Source of the DNA: Chthoniobacterales bacterium
Lineage (GTDB): Bacteria > Verrucomicrobiota > Verrucomicrobiia > Chthoniobacterales > DASVRZ01
Assembly (NCBI GenBank): GCA_036388355.1
Contig: DASVRZ010000017.1
Span: 6,514-70,513 of the forward strand
Direction: 5' to 3'
Length of the DNA: 64,000 nt
The position numbers were made by a program, and so were the translations under genes. A model generated the notes under the pieces. The model ran no database searches. It was not told where the DNA came from and saw only the letters and a list, made by a program, of their open reading frames with translations. This document shows positions 1 to 9,468 of this stretch, in pieces. Numbering within the stretch: position 1 is the stretch's first letter; every line of letters starts with the position of its first letter.

Positions 1-1
1 T

Positions 2-205
2 GAGAACAAGTATTTCCAATCCATCTCCGTGCGCATGAAACTCACGGGCACCTTGGAAAACACCACCCGCTGGCTGGCGTCCCTTCAGAGTCCGGAACTT
101 TTTCAAGCCATCACGAGCTACACCCTCAAGAGCGAAAAAGATCCGCCGAACGTCAATTTGGAACTCGAAATTGCCAAATACTACCTTCCGAACAATGGCA
201 GCTAG
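2..205 (+). CDS. Partial CDS (3' end), possibly a GspM/PilO-like inner-membrane platform protein
   Basis: Frame 2 is open from the window edge (ENKYFQSISVRMKLTGTLENTTRWLASLQSPELFQAITSYTLKSEKDPPNVNLELEIAKYY) to TAG at 203-205. It overlaps the next ATG and lies upstream of a secretin. Confidence 0.55.
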   Translation, partial: ENKYFQSISVRMKLTGTLENTTRWLASLQSPELFQAITSYTLKSEKDPPNVNLELEIAKYYLPNNGS

Positions 206-842
206 CTCTTCTATCGTCACAGCTATCTTCCTCTCCGTCGCCTGCCTGCATGCCGCGGAACCGGTGTTGCCCGCGGGCCATCCTCCGGAGCGCTATGAAC
301 GCATCTGGAAAAAGTCGCCGTTCACCGTCGCGTCCGTGCTAGCTCCGGAACCTGTGGATACGTCCACCTTTGCCGACACCCTAACCCTCGTTGGATTGGT
401 GACGATCGGCGGCAAACCACTCGTCACGGTCGTGGCCAACGATTCGCAGGAGACGCAGCTCATCGAGGCCGACAAGCCGAATGCGGAAGGCATTCAGGTG
501 GCAAGTTTCATCAACGATCTCGATCCGGCAAAGGTCGAGGTCGTCTTAAGAAAAGGGGAAAACACCGGCACTCTCCGTTTTGCGATCAACCAGGCAGGCA
601 CCAGCCAGCCTCCGATGCCCAACACCGTCCCCCAACCGCGCGTCATCCAACCGCGCACCGGCACTCCGCCTTCCATCCCCGCTCCCACTCAGCCGCGCGT
701 GATTCCAGGCACCGCCGGGCCGGTGATGCCCGCGCCAGGACCCCAAATTATTCGCCGCCGCCAGCTTCAGCTCCCTGGCGCCAACCGCCCCAATGTCCCT
801 GTGGCTCCCAATACCAAAAGCAACGCCATTCCACCTCCCTAA
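195..842 (+). CDS. Exported protein with Pro-rich tail, possibly GspC/PilP-like
   Basis: ATG at 195, signal peptide (IVTAIFLSVACLHA), beta-rich core (LTLVGLVTIGGKP), Pro-rich C-terminus. Its stop abuts the secretin ATG. Confidence 0.6.
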   Translation: MAASSSIVTAIFLSVACLHAAEPVLPAGHPPERYERIWKKSPFTVASVLAPEPVDTSTFADTLTLVGLVTIGGKPLVTVVANDSQETQLIEADKPNAEGIQVASFINDLDPAKVEVVLRKGENTGTLRFAINQAGTSQPPMPNTVPQPRVIQPRTGTPPSIPAPTQPRVIPGTAGPVMPAPGPQIIRRRQLQLPGANRPNVPVAPNTKSNAIPPP

Positions 843-3122
843 ATGAAAAAAATTTTCCTCACTTTTCTACTGAGTCCGCTCCTGGGCGTCGGCACTCTTT
901 CGGCTCAAACAGAAGCCGCAAGCGACGAAGCGCTGGAGACGGTGGAGCCGGCACCCCCGCAGGCCCAAAGCGAAAGGGCTTCTGATCCAAGCATGGATGA
1001 GAAGATCAGCGTAAATTTCCCCGAAACATCGATTGCGCAGATCCTCCTGAACTACGAACGGCTGACTGGAAAAAGACTCATCAAGGATGCGCTGCTCACC
1101 GGGCAAAATCTGAGCATCGTCGTCGCCGAGCCAGTCACGAAGCGGGAAGCCATCGACATCATCGAAGCTACTTTGTTGCTCAACGGCTATGCTATGATCC
1201 CTTACGGGGAGAATACAGTGAAGGCTGTCTCCATGGCTAATGGGAAGAACCCGCGCAGCGAAGGTGTGGCTATTTACACCACACCCAGCGCCCTTCCCGA
1301 GGGCGAGCAAGTGGTGTCGTTCTTCATGACTTTCAAGTATCGAGACGCCTTGCAAGCCTCCCAGGAATTGCAACAATCCGTAGCTCTGAACCCGCAATAC
1401 GCCTCCATTCTGCCAGTGCCGAGTGCGCAAGCGGTCCTGGTGACGGAAAAGACCTCTGTTATTCGCCGCCTTCTAGAACTTAAAGAGCTCATCGACGTGC
1501 CGCCAGCGCGCATCATCTCGGAATTCGTGCCGTTGATTCGCGCCGACGCTGAGCGTGTGGCTGAGACGATCACAAAGATGATCGATGCTCAGAAGAACAA
1601 CGCCGGCGGAGGCGGATCGGTTCCCGGCAATGGGGCTCCGCCACCACCACCCAGCCCGGAAGGGCAGCCGCCGCCGCCCCAGCAGGTGGTTTTTTCCGCC
1701 AACAGCAATGATTCCTCTTCCAACAGCCTCACTGCAGGCCAGATCCAGCTCACCGCCGACACGCGGACAAACCGCATTCTCGTCATCTCCCGCCCGTCCA
1801 GCTTCCCTTACATTAAGAGCCTCATTCAGGAATTTGATCGCTCCGTCGGCCTTACTGAGCCGCTCGAAGTAAACCTGCGCTACGTTAAACCAAGCGATGT
1901 CCTGCAAGTTCTCGCCGATCTTCTCACGGAAGATGAAAGCGAAGCAGGAGGAGGCGCACCGGGAACCATTCAGCAGCCGAATGCCCCGCGCACAGGTGGA
2001 CAAAATCGTGCAGCAGGCGGCGGAGAGAATAGCCGTTCCAGTGCAGGCAGCTCGGGTGGACTCACTCGCGCCGACGCTTTGGAGGACCCCGAGACCGACA
2101 TTGGACCCGAGTCCCGCATCGTGGGCAAGACCCGCATCATTGCAGATAACAAAGCAGGCAAAATCCTCGTAATCGGGCCGCCTGAAAGTCTCCAAAAAGT
2201 GCGCGGCATCCTGCAGCGTCTCGACCGGAAGCCGCAACAGGTCTATCTGTCTGCGGTCATCGGCCAGCTCACCATTAACGGCAACCAGCAGTTTGGGATT
2301 GATTACCTGCAATCGTTTCTGGGCGGAAAAGGTTCGGGCATTGCTGGCACCGCCATTACCTCCTCGCCAGCAGGTGCCTTCACGTCACCCGCCGCGCTCA
2401 ACAAGATCAGCAAACTTCCAGCCTTAAATGGCCTCAGCCTTTACGCAACCGTGGCTGACAACCTCAGCATATACGTACGCGCGTTGGAATCGAGCAACCG
2501 CTTTAAAGTACTCTCGCGTCCGGCGGTTTACGCCTCCAACAACGAGAAAGCAGTCATCTCTTCTGGCCGTCGAATCGCCGTTCCGACACAATCGCTGACG
2601 AATAACAATCTAAACAACAATGACAACGCGTCTGTCGTCTCCAATATCGACTATCAGGACGTGGTGTTAAAACTGGAGATTGTCCCACAGATCAACTCGA
2701 ACGACGAGGTGACCATGAAGATCGCGCAGGTGAACGATACCGTGAACGGCAGCCAGACGGTTGCTGGCCAGAACGTTCCTACGATTGCTACGCAGGAGAT
2801 CCGCACCAAGGTCACAGTGGCAAATAAGAACGTGGTCGTGCTCGGCGGCTTGGTTACGGAATCCACCAGCGATGATCGCAGCAAGATCCCGATCTTGGGC
2901 GACATCCCTTATCTGGGAGCTCTCTTCCGCAACACGGGAAAGAACAAGAGCCGGGATGAACTTCTCGTCTTCATCCAACCGAACGTCGTCTCTACAGATG
3001 AAGGCGCTCAGGTGGAAAGTCGGGGCGAGGAAGCGCGCAGCGATATCGGCATCGAAGGTCGCGCCACCGCGGAAGCGTTCGCCACTCCCACACCAATCCG
3101 ACTGCAGAAATACGTGAAGTAG
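843..3122 (+). CDS. gspD: Type II secretion system secretin
   Basis: Signal peptide, N0-N3-like domains (ADTRTNRILV), secretin motifs QVYLSAVI, KVLSRP, VVLGGLV, KIPILGDIPYLGALFR, ELLVFIQP. Confidence 0.9.
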   Translation: MKKIFLTFLLSPLLGVGTLSAQTEAASDEALETVEPAPPQAQSERASDPSMDEKISVNFPETSIAQILLNYERLTGKRLIKDALLTGQNLSIVVAEPVTKREAIDIIEATLLLNGYAMIPYGENTVKAVSMANGKNPRSEGVAIYTTPSALPEGEQVVSFFMTFKYRDALQASQELQQSVALNPQYASILPVPSAQAVLVTEKTSVIRRLLELKELIDVPPARIISEFVPLIRADAERVAETITKMIDAQKNNAGGGGSVPGNGAPPPPPSPEGQPPPPQQVVFSANSNDSSSNSLTAGQIQLTADTRTNRILVISRPSSFPYIKSLIQEFDRSVGLTEPLEVNLRYVKPSDVLQVLADLLTEDESEAGGGAPGTIQQPNAPRTGGQNRAAGGGENSRSSAGSSGGLTRADALEDPETDIGPESRIVGKTRIIADNKAGKILVIGPPESLQKVRGILQRLDRKPQQVYLSAVIGQLTINGNQQFGIDYLQSFLGGKGSGIAGTAITSSPAGAFTSPAALNKISKLPALNGLSLYATVADNLSIYVRALESSNRFKVLSRPAVYASNNEKAVISSGRRIAVPTQSLTNNNLNNNDNASVVSNIDYQDVVLKLEIVPQINSNDEVTMKIAQVNDTVNGSQTVAGQNVPTIATQEIRTKVTVANKNVVVLGGLVTESTSDDRSKIPILGDIPYLGALFRNTGKNKSRDELLVFIQPNVVSTDEGAQVESRGEEARSDIGIEGRATAEAFATPTPIRLQKYVK

Positions 3123-3334
3123 CTGCCGCGCAGCTCGTGTTAAGGACATTTGTAGAAGGCTTCAGCTGACGCACGCTGCCTTCTGAAGCTTCTCGTTTGT
3201 CTTTATCCGGCTAGCAGCGGCGAGAGGAGGATAATCCTGAAAAGGTGCCCCGAACAGTCAGATCGGAAGTACGGTCAGGCGGTGCCTTTTCATTCGCCGT
3301 TTGACACCAGCACGCCCTCGCCCGATTTTAGCCC

Positions 3335-3361
3335 GTCGCACTTTCCTCCTCCCAGTGCCGC
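3335..3361 (+). promoter_or_regulatory. Degenerate CIRCE-like (HrcA) inverted repeat upstream of mcsA
   Basis: GTCGCACTT-N9-CAGTGCCGC versus consensus TTAGCACTC-N9-GAGTGCTAA. The GCACT/AGTGC core and 9-nt spacing are kept; TTGACA lies at 3301-3306. Confidence 0.4.
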
Positions 3362-3370
3362 TAATTACCA

Positions 3371-3889
3371 ATGCTCTGCGATTCTTGCAAATCCCACCAA
3401 GCCAGCGTTTTTCTTACCCAGATTGTTGATGGAAAGATGCAGAAGCTTAATCTCTGCGAGGCCTGCTCGAAGAAGAACGGCGTCACAGACCCGACTGGCT
3501 TCGCCCTTGCAGATCTCTTGCTAGGCCTCGGGACTACTCAGAACGTAGAGATTTCCACGCCGGGAGAGACGGCGGACGGCCAATGTCCCACCTGCGGCTT
3601 CACACAAGCCGACTTCAAGAAAACGGGGCGCTTGGGATGTAGCGACTGCTACGAGACGTTCGCCACCCAGCTCCAACCGCTGCTCGCAGGAATGCACAAA
3701 GGGACTCGGCACGTAGGGAAAATTCCTTCGCGTCAGTTTCGCGAGGTCGAGATCTCGAATCGTCTCACAGATCTGCGGAACACGTTGCAAAAGTCCGTGG
3801 AGGAGGAGGATTACGAACTCGCGGCCAAGTTGCGGGATGAGATCCGGCAGCTCCAACAGCTCCCCGCGCCCAACGAATCTCTTTCATGA
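3371..3889 (+). CDS. mcsA: Protein-arginine kinase activator McsA (UVR domain)
   Basis: Four CxxC motifs, GRLGCSDCY, HVGKIP, and a C-terminal UVR motif EEEDYELAAKLRDEIR. Confidence 0.92.
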   Translation: MLCDSCKSHQASVFLTQIVDGKMQKLNLCEACSKKNGVTDPTGFALADLLLGLGTTQNVEISTPGETADGQCPTCGFTQADFKKTGRLGCSDCYETFATQLQPLLAGMHKGTRHVGKIPSRQFREVEISNRLTDLRNTLQKSVEEEDYELAAKLRDEIRQLQQLPAPNESLS

Positions 3890-4995
3890 AGATGAACCGC
3901 CTTCCTTCCAAATCCGGCGACTGGCCCGCAGGTGACGGCCCGAACCAATCGATCGTTATCACCAGCCGCGTGCGGTTGGCCCGTAACCTTGCGAAGCTCC
4001 CCTTCCCCGGGTGGGCGAAAAAGGCGGAGCGTGTGCAGACCCTCGATTCAATCAAACCAGCCGTCGAGGCGCTGCCAGCGATGAAAGACGCGACCTCAAT
4101 TGGGCTTCAGGATCTCACCGCGTTGGAAAAACAAGTGCTAGTGGAGCGCCACATGATTTCGCGCGAGCACGCCGCCAAGGGTGTCGGCAGTGCCGTAGTG
4201 ATTAACAAGAAGCAGACTCTAGCGATCATGATCAACGAGGAAGACCACCTCCGCATGCAATCGATTCGTCCGGGACTGCAGCTGAAGAATGTTTTCAAGA
4301 TGATCGATGCAGTAGACTCCGAGTTGGAAGCGACTCTCGACTTCGCCTACAGCCGGGATCTGGGATATCTCACTGCCTGCCCCACCAATGTCGGGACTGG
4401 TATGCGCGCCTCTGCCATGCTTCACCTCCCGGGGCTAGTTCTCAGCGAGCAAATCAATCGTGTTGTCCAAGGCGTCAATAAGATCGGATTGGCCGTTCGA
4501 GGTCTCTACGGCGAAGGCACCGAAGCGATGGGCAACCTGTTTCAGGTCAGCAACCAAACCACGCTTGGCCAAAAGGAAGAAGAGATCATCGGCAACCTTA
4601 CAAAGGTGATTGAGAAGATCATAGAGCACGAGGAGAACGCCCGCGCAGTCTTGGTGGAGAAGCGTGCTAACACTCTGCTTGACCAAATCGGTCGCGCCTA
4701 CGGCACTCTCACCTATGCCTACTCGATGACCAGCAAGGAAGCCCTCAACCTGCTCTCCGTTATGCGCTTGGGCATCGACTTGGGCTTCTTCGACGCCGAT
4801 TGCCGACACCCGGTCGATGAGCTCTTCATGGAAACCCAGCCGGCTCATCTACAAAAAAGTAGCCAACAGAAGCTAACCGCCGACGAACGCGACAACCTCC
4901 GCGCAGAGATCATCAGGGGAAGACTGAAAGACTTCCCAAAGCCTGACCTCCGCAATATTGGTCACCCCGGCACCGAGCCGCCCGAAGGAGCGTAG
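3886..4995 (+). CDS. mcsB: Protein arginine kinase McsB
   Basis: SRVRLARN, INEEDHLR, GYLTACPTNVGTGMRAS, VRGLYGEG. ATGA overlap with mcsA. Confidence 0.95.
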   Translation: MKMNRLPSKSGDWPAGDGPNQSIVITSRVRLARNLAKLPFPGWAKKAERVQTLDSIKPAVEALPAMKDATSIGLQDLTALEKQVLVERHMISREHAAKGVGSAVVINKKQTLAIMINEEDHLRMQSIRPGLQLKNVFKMIDAVDSELEATLDFAYSRDLGYLTACPTNVGTGMRASAMLHLPGLVLSEQINRVVQGVNKIGLAVRGLYGEGTEAMGNLFQVSNQTTLGQKEEEIIGNLTKVIEKIIEHEENARAVLVEKRANTLLDQIGRAYGTLTYAYSMTSKEALNLLSVMRLGIDLGFFDADCRHPVDELFMETQPAHLQKSSQQKLTADERDNLRAEIIRGRLKDFPKPDLRNIGHPGTEPPEGA

Positions 4996-5291
4996 TTGTT
5001 CATCCTTCACCCGCTGGCAGTCCGACCGGGCGATATGAGTACAAAGGGTGTGGAGGCGGGGAAAGCGTGGACACGGGTTATGCGATCATGTTGCACCGGA
5101 ACATGCACACCGGAGGTAATGTGATGAAATAAATTTACGGCACCGATGGCACGCCGACATGTTCCCGCCGTACAAGGACGCGGCGAGGAGTTCCTATCTA
5201 AATGACGTTAAAGGAGTGGACACCAATTTCCAGCTCAGTACTGAACCTCGGCGCTCTGCCGAACCAAGGCATATAAAATAAAACCAGCAAT

Positions 5292-5322
5292 AAAAACGCG
5301 CTTCCGGGGCGGGAAGCGCGTT
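5292..5322 (-). terminator. Rho-independent terminator of the PEP-CTERM gene
   Basis: AACGCGCTTCC / GGAAGCGCGTT stem, with an A-run on + that gives a U-tract on the minus strand. Confidence 0.75.
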
Positions 5323-5340
5323 AGTGAAGCGGCGAGTATC

Positions 5341-5931
5341 TCACCGGCGAATGCTAATCGACCGGGCCATTTTTCGTCGGACCGCGAGCCCCAATACGAC
5401 ACCTCCAAGAGCTGTAAACGCCCATGTAGACGGCTCTGGTACGGCTGATAAAGTGTCTAAAGTGAGGTTAACTGTGCTCCCGGTCCCTGTAGTTAAAAGT
5501 GCTAAGGAAACGACGTTATTGTTAAAGACACCGCTACCTCCAGAAATCGGGAGCAAGGTGACAGTGGATGAAACTCCTTGACTGAAGGAACTGAAGCTTC
5601 CTTGGTAAAGGACGTCGTTTCCCGCATTATCGAAAAGGTTGATCTGGAATGCGGACGTGGCAGTGCCTGTGAATGTCCCAGTTAAGGAAAGACTAACCGT
5701 GTTTCCAGTTATGTTAACAGGGCTTGGGGAGACATTGCCGAACAAACTCAGGCCAAAATCAGTGCCAGCAATGTTGAACGTAGTCGCAGTTTGTCCTGTG
5801 CCCCCGAAATCATTCGACGTAGCCGCGAACTGACCGGTACCAAAACCTGTGATGGTGACCTGTGAATGTGCAATACCAAGAGTGGAGACGGAGGTGACTA
5901 GAACAGCAGCCAGGGTCGCTTTAAATTTCAT
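5341..5931 (-). CDS. PEP-CTERM sorting domain surface protein
   Basis: Signal peptide, Thr/Gly/Ser-rich body, C-terminal VPEPSTW followed by a TM helix and basic tail (RRK). Confidence 0.92.
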   Translation of the reverse strand: MKFKATLAAVLVTSVSTLGIAHSQVTITGFGTGQFAATSNDFGGTGQTATTFNIAGTDFGLSLFGNVSPSPVNITGNTVSLSLTGTFTGTATSAFQINLFDNAGNDVLYQGSFSSFSQGVSSTVTLLPISGGSGVFNNNVVSLALLTTGTGSTVNLTLDTLSAVPEPSTWAFTALGGVVLGLAVRRKMARSISIRR

Positions 5932-5935
5932 ACGT

Positions 5936-6976
5936 TTACAGTGTATATGGCAGAGATTGCGAAAGGATCGAGAGGCCCGAGTTGCTGCCCTTCTTGTTCA
6001 CAATTAGTGAGGTTCCTGCGGGGACCACAACGGAGTCGCTGATAGTGTTTGGCCCGACTCGACGCCAATTCGTACCGTCGTTGTAGTATTGTCTCCACGC
6101 ACCGGCTACGAGGATTTGCACAATGTCCGCTTCCGCTGCAGCACCAGTAATCCAGCCGGGGATCATGTTGATCCCAGTGCTCGTCAATGTGACATCAACC
6201 GGCCACGAGTTGGACAGAAATGTGACGCCTGAGTTCATGACGCCCGCTTTTCGCGATACGGTTGGCACCCTACCAACTAACGTAAGTGTGAGCGGACTGG
6301 ATGCGAGCCTCGTATAGATGACTCCGGTGTCCGGACGAATAGCCACAGTGTTAGAAACGCTATTCGGCCCCACCCGCACCCACGCCGCAAGCGAGTTGCT
6401 ATAATAATACTGACGCCACGCACCACTAACGAACAACTGAACCACATCGGCGTCGGCGGCTCCTGTGCCCCCTGAGACGCCCGTTGTCGCCGGGCTTCCA
6501 AGCAGACTTGAAAGCGTATCGCAAGGAAAGATCGTATAAGTATCAGTGCCTGCGGCGATACCAAGGGTAGTCAAATCTGTCTGACTCGCTTCAAGAGGAT
6601 CTACAGTAACGGTTGTCGCAGTATTTGGCGTTGTTGTGGATATGAGAAAAATACGGCCTTTCGCCGTCCCACTGGTGACTTGAATCAAGTAAGGGGAAGA
6701 CGCAACTGATAGCGCGCCAGCTTGCCAGCCGGCGTTTGAATTCGTAATTCCGCTTTGGCTTACTCCAGTTATAAGCCCACTTGAAACACCTGTGATTGAA
6801 GCCGTTCCGAGAAGAGGAAAGGAGAGAACTGAAGTTGTTTTAGTTGAGCCTGTCCCAGCTGCAGCAGTGACATTCACAAATCCCACGGGATCGGTGGCAA
6901 CGGTTTGCGCACACAGGGGAGAGAATGCCATGGCGGCGGCAGCGAGGCAGGGGAACAGCTTAGGGGAGCGTTTCAT
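5936..6976 (-). CDS. TIGR02597-like secreted Verrucomicrobia protein
   Basis: Signal peptide then ATDPVGFV. Internal duplicated unit ADxVQxxVxGAWRQYY...WxRVGPN. Start placed at ATG 6976. Confidence 0.75.
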   Translation of the reverse strand: MKRSPKLFPCLAAAAMAFSPLCAQTVATDPVGFVNVTAAAGTGSTKTTSVLSFPLLGTASITGVSSGLITGVSQSGITNSNAGWQAGALSVASSPYLIQVTSGTAKGRIFLISTTTPNTATTVTVDPLEASQTDLTTLGIAAGTDTYTIFPCDTLSSLLGSPATTGVSGGTGAADADVVQLFVSGAWRQYYYSNSLAAWVRVGPNSVSNTVAIRPDTGVIYTRLASSPLTLTLVGRVPTVSRKAGVMNSGVTFLSNSWPVDVTLTSTGINMIPGWITGAAAEADIVQILVAGAWRQYYNDGTNWRRVGPNTISDSVVVPAGTSLIVNKKGSNSGLSILSQSLPYTL

Positions 6977-7071
6977 AGCAGAGAAGTTTATCATAATATG
7001 GGCGGATGTATGCTGCACGCAAATCGTGGCAGCAAATAATGTAACCGTTCGACGCAGATGATCAACTATAA

Positions 7072-8292
7072 TTATTGCTGAAGAAGCCGGGAGATTGCCG
7101 TCACGTTAACAGCCGACTTCATTAGGAAAGAGTCCGGTGCCACCCACTCCGCATCTTTGCCTTGGGCCGGGTTGCGCTCAGAGCAGTGGGAATTTTCGCC
7201 TTGAGGCCCCAATCCGTCGAGCGTCGGCATGTAGCTCCAGAGAACATTGCCGTCACTGAGACCGCCGCGATCCTCAGCGAAGAAGGCCAGGCCTGCGTCT
7301 TCGGTTGCGGTTTTCCACACCTCTAGAAGCTGGGCTGTCCCCGGATTGTGGGGCCAGGGGACGGTCTCGTGAATAATGCTCACGCGCACCCGGCATTGGC
7401 TGGAAGAATCCTTCGCCACTACGGTGGAACGCCCGTTCCAAGCGAGGATCTTCTCGCGAGCCGCTTGATAAACGGCCGGATCAAAGGCGCGCATCTCAAA
7501 GACCGCCGACGCCTCGTGCGGCACGCGATTCGGCACGGTCCCTCCGCTTACGTGGCCCACATTCACAGTTAAGTTCGCGCCATAGTCGGTGAGCGAACTG
7601 ACGTCACTGATAAACTCCGCGAGCTGCACGATGGCGTTGGCTCCCGTGGGATGCTGCGTCCCGGCGTGAGCCGCCTTGCCTTCCACGTCCACACTAAACG
7701 CTGCGCGGCCTTTCCGCGATGAGACCAGGGAAACCTGCCCCGCCTCGCCCCCGTCTCCTTCGAAGATCAAACAAGCCGCCGTGTCTGCAGGCAGAATTTC
7801 GCGGCAGAATTCTCCGAAATCCTCCGAGACCACCTCTTCGCAGGCATTCAGCAGGATGACCCAGTTGGTTCTCGCAAACAGCTCCGGTTCCGCATGTTGC
7901 AATCCCAGGAGCGTCATCCAAATCATCGCGGTGCCGCCTTTGATGTCATTCGTGCCCGGACCGTAAATGCGGTCGCCTATCACCTCCCACTTAAAGTCAT
8001 TCCGCTCCTCTTCCTCGATGGGATAAACCGTATCCAAATGAGAAAGCAGCGCGATCGTCGGTCCATCAACCGGCGGACGGCGCAACGCGAGATGAGACCC
8101 GAATTCCGGGTTGGTCGCTTGTTTGCTCGAAGGCGCAAAATCCAGAGCGGCAAATTGTTCCGAAATGAGCTCCGCATTTGCCGCGATTCCTTCCCGATTC
8201 GACGTGAAGCTATTAATGCCCACCATCTTTCGGAGAAACTCCAGCGTGCCTGGCAAGGCAGATTCGCAAAAGGCGGTGAGGTCGTCATGCAT
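7072..8292 (-). CDS. M20 family metallopeptidase (glutamate carboxypeptidase-like)
   Basis: SHLDTV, GPGTNDIKGG, CEE, GKAAHAG, GGLSDGN, TLDGLGP, SH. Confidence 0.9.
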   Translation of the reverse strand: MHDDLTAFCESALPGTLEFLRKMVGINSFTSNREGIAANAELISEQFAALDFAPSSKQATNPEFGSHLALRRPPVDGPTIALLSHLDTVYPIEEEERNDFKWEVIGDRIYGPGTNDIKGGTAMIWMTLLGLQHAEPELFARTNWVILLNACEEVVSEDFGEFCREILPADTAACLIFEGDGGEAGQVSLVSSRKGRAAFSVDVEGKAAHAGTQHPTGANAIVQLAEFISDVSSLTDYGANLTVNVGHVSGGTVPNRVPHEASAVFEMRAFDPAVYQAAREKILAWNGRSTVVAKDSSSQCRVRVSIIHETVPWPHNPGTAQLLEVWKTATEDAGLAFFAEDRGGLSDGNVLWSYMPTLDGLGPQGENSHCSERNPAQGKDAEWVAPDSFLMKSAVNVTAISRLLQQ

Positions 8293-8460
8293 GAGGGAAA
8301 GAAATCACGAAGATGCTTCCGGACGAAGGAAAAAGGCCACGAGTGTCCCTTAGTCTCACGGCAACGGCGTTTCTTCGTGCCCATCAGGCCAGTCCATGAT
8401 CTAATCATCAGGATCGCGCAACCAAGCGGGGGCAGAGGTCGATAACGAGGGTCACAAAAC

Positions 8461-9459
8461 ATGGGCAACATCACTTCTCACGCATCTCCCAATCTCGATC
8501 TCGCGGTGCGGGTCGGCTGCAAATTGGTTTACTACGTCAGCCACGACGTGCCGACGTTTGCCATTATTAAGCCGCAGCAGGAACCCACGCAGTCGATCCG
8601 CCAGGAAAGCATTCAGCTTTCCCGCGATTCCTCCGTCACGGAATACCGCGACGAACATGGGAACGTCATCTACCGCATGGTCCTCGAACCCGGCGAACAT
8701 TTCCTGACCTACGATGCCATCGTGATGGTGCCCAGCGCGCGGGAAGACACCTTCTGGAGCGATGTCCTTGTCCCCGTTGCCCAGCTTCCGTCAAACATCC
8801 TGCGTTACACCCAGCCCTCCCGGTATTGCGATTCTGACCGGTTGACGAACTTTGCGTGGTCTAAATTCGGCCATCTCGAGCCCGGCCTCACCCGCGTCCT
8901 CGCCATCTGCGAATGGATTCATGCCAACATCGAATACCGCACCGGCTCCGGCAGCCCGTTCATCACGGCGAACGATGTCATCGAACGCGGCTACGGCGTC
9001 TGCCGGGATTTCGCCCATTGTGCCGTCGCCCTCTGCCGCGCCATGAACCTCCCCGCGCGTTACGTGAGTGGCTACGTGAGCGACGTCGGGTGGAAAGACG
9101 ACGGGCGCCCGATGGATTTCCATGCCTACTGCGAAGTCTATCTCGACAGCCGTTGGCAAACCTTCGATGCGCGCTTTCTCAAGCCGAGGCGAGGCCGGGT
9201 GCGGATCTCCTCCGGCTATGACGCTGGCAGTTGCGCTTTCGGCACGTTTTTCGGCGCCACCTTCCTGAATTACTTCGAGGTGTGGTCCTACCAGGTGGAT
9301 CCGCGCGAAGTGCGAGTGGGAGACCCTGTGGACCTCAGCAAGCGCGTCTGCGGCACGGAGGAGGTGCGGTGGCCAGCGGAAGCAGCACTTCACAGCTCCA
9401 GCATTCCACCGGCTCCACAAGCCACCAATACAGCCGGGCGTGCCTCGGTGACCGATTAG
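8461..9459 (+). CDS. Transglutaminase-like family protein
   Basis: PSRYCDSD, GVCRDFAH, PARYVSGY, DFHAYCEVYL...WQTFDA (Cys-His-Asp triad). Confidence 0.9.
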   Translation: MGNITSHASPNLDLAVRVGCKLVYYVSHDVPTFAIIKPQQEPTQSIRQESIQLSRDSSVTEYRDEHGNVIYRMVLEPGEHFLTYDAIVMVPSAREDTFWSDVLVPVAQLPSNILRYTQPSRYCDSDRLTNFAWSKFGHLEPGLTRVLAICEWIHANIEYRTGSGSPFITANDVIERGYGVCRDFAHCAVALCRAMNLPARYVSGYVSDVGWKDDGRPMDFHAYCEVYLDSRWQTFDARFLKPRRGRVRISSGYDAGSCAFGTFFGATFLNYFEVWSYQVDPREVRVGDPVDLSKRVCGTEEVRWPAEAALHSSSIPPAPQATNTAGRASVTD

Positions 9460-9468
9460 TTATTTACC

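Noticed and set aside
3250..3285. AGTCAGA...GGTCAGG as a CtsR operator upstream of mcsA
   Set aside because: The half-sites are poor and 10 nt apart rather than the 3 nt expected for CtsR heptad repeats.
4996..5290. Possible small ORF or ncRNA after mcsB
   Set aside because: Only short ORFs without recognisable features, and no convincing structure.
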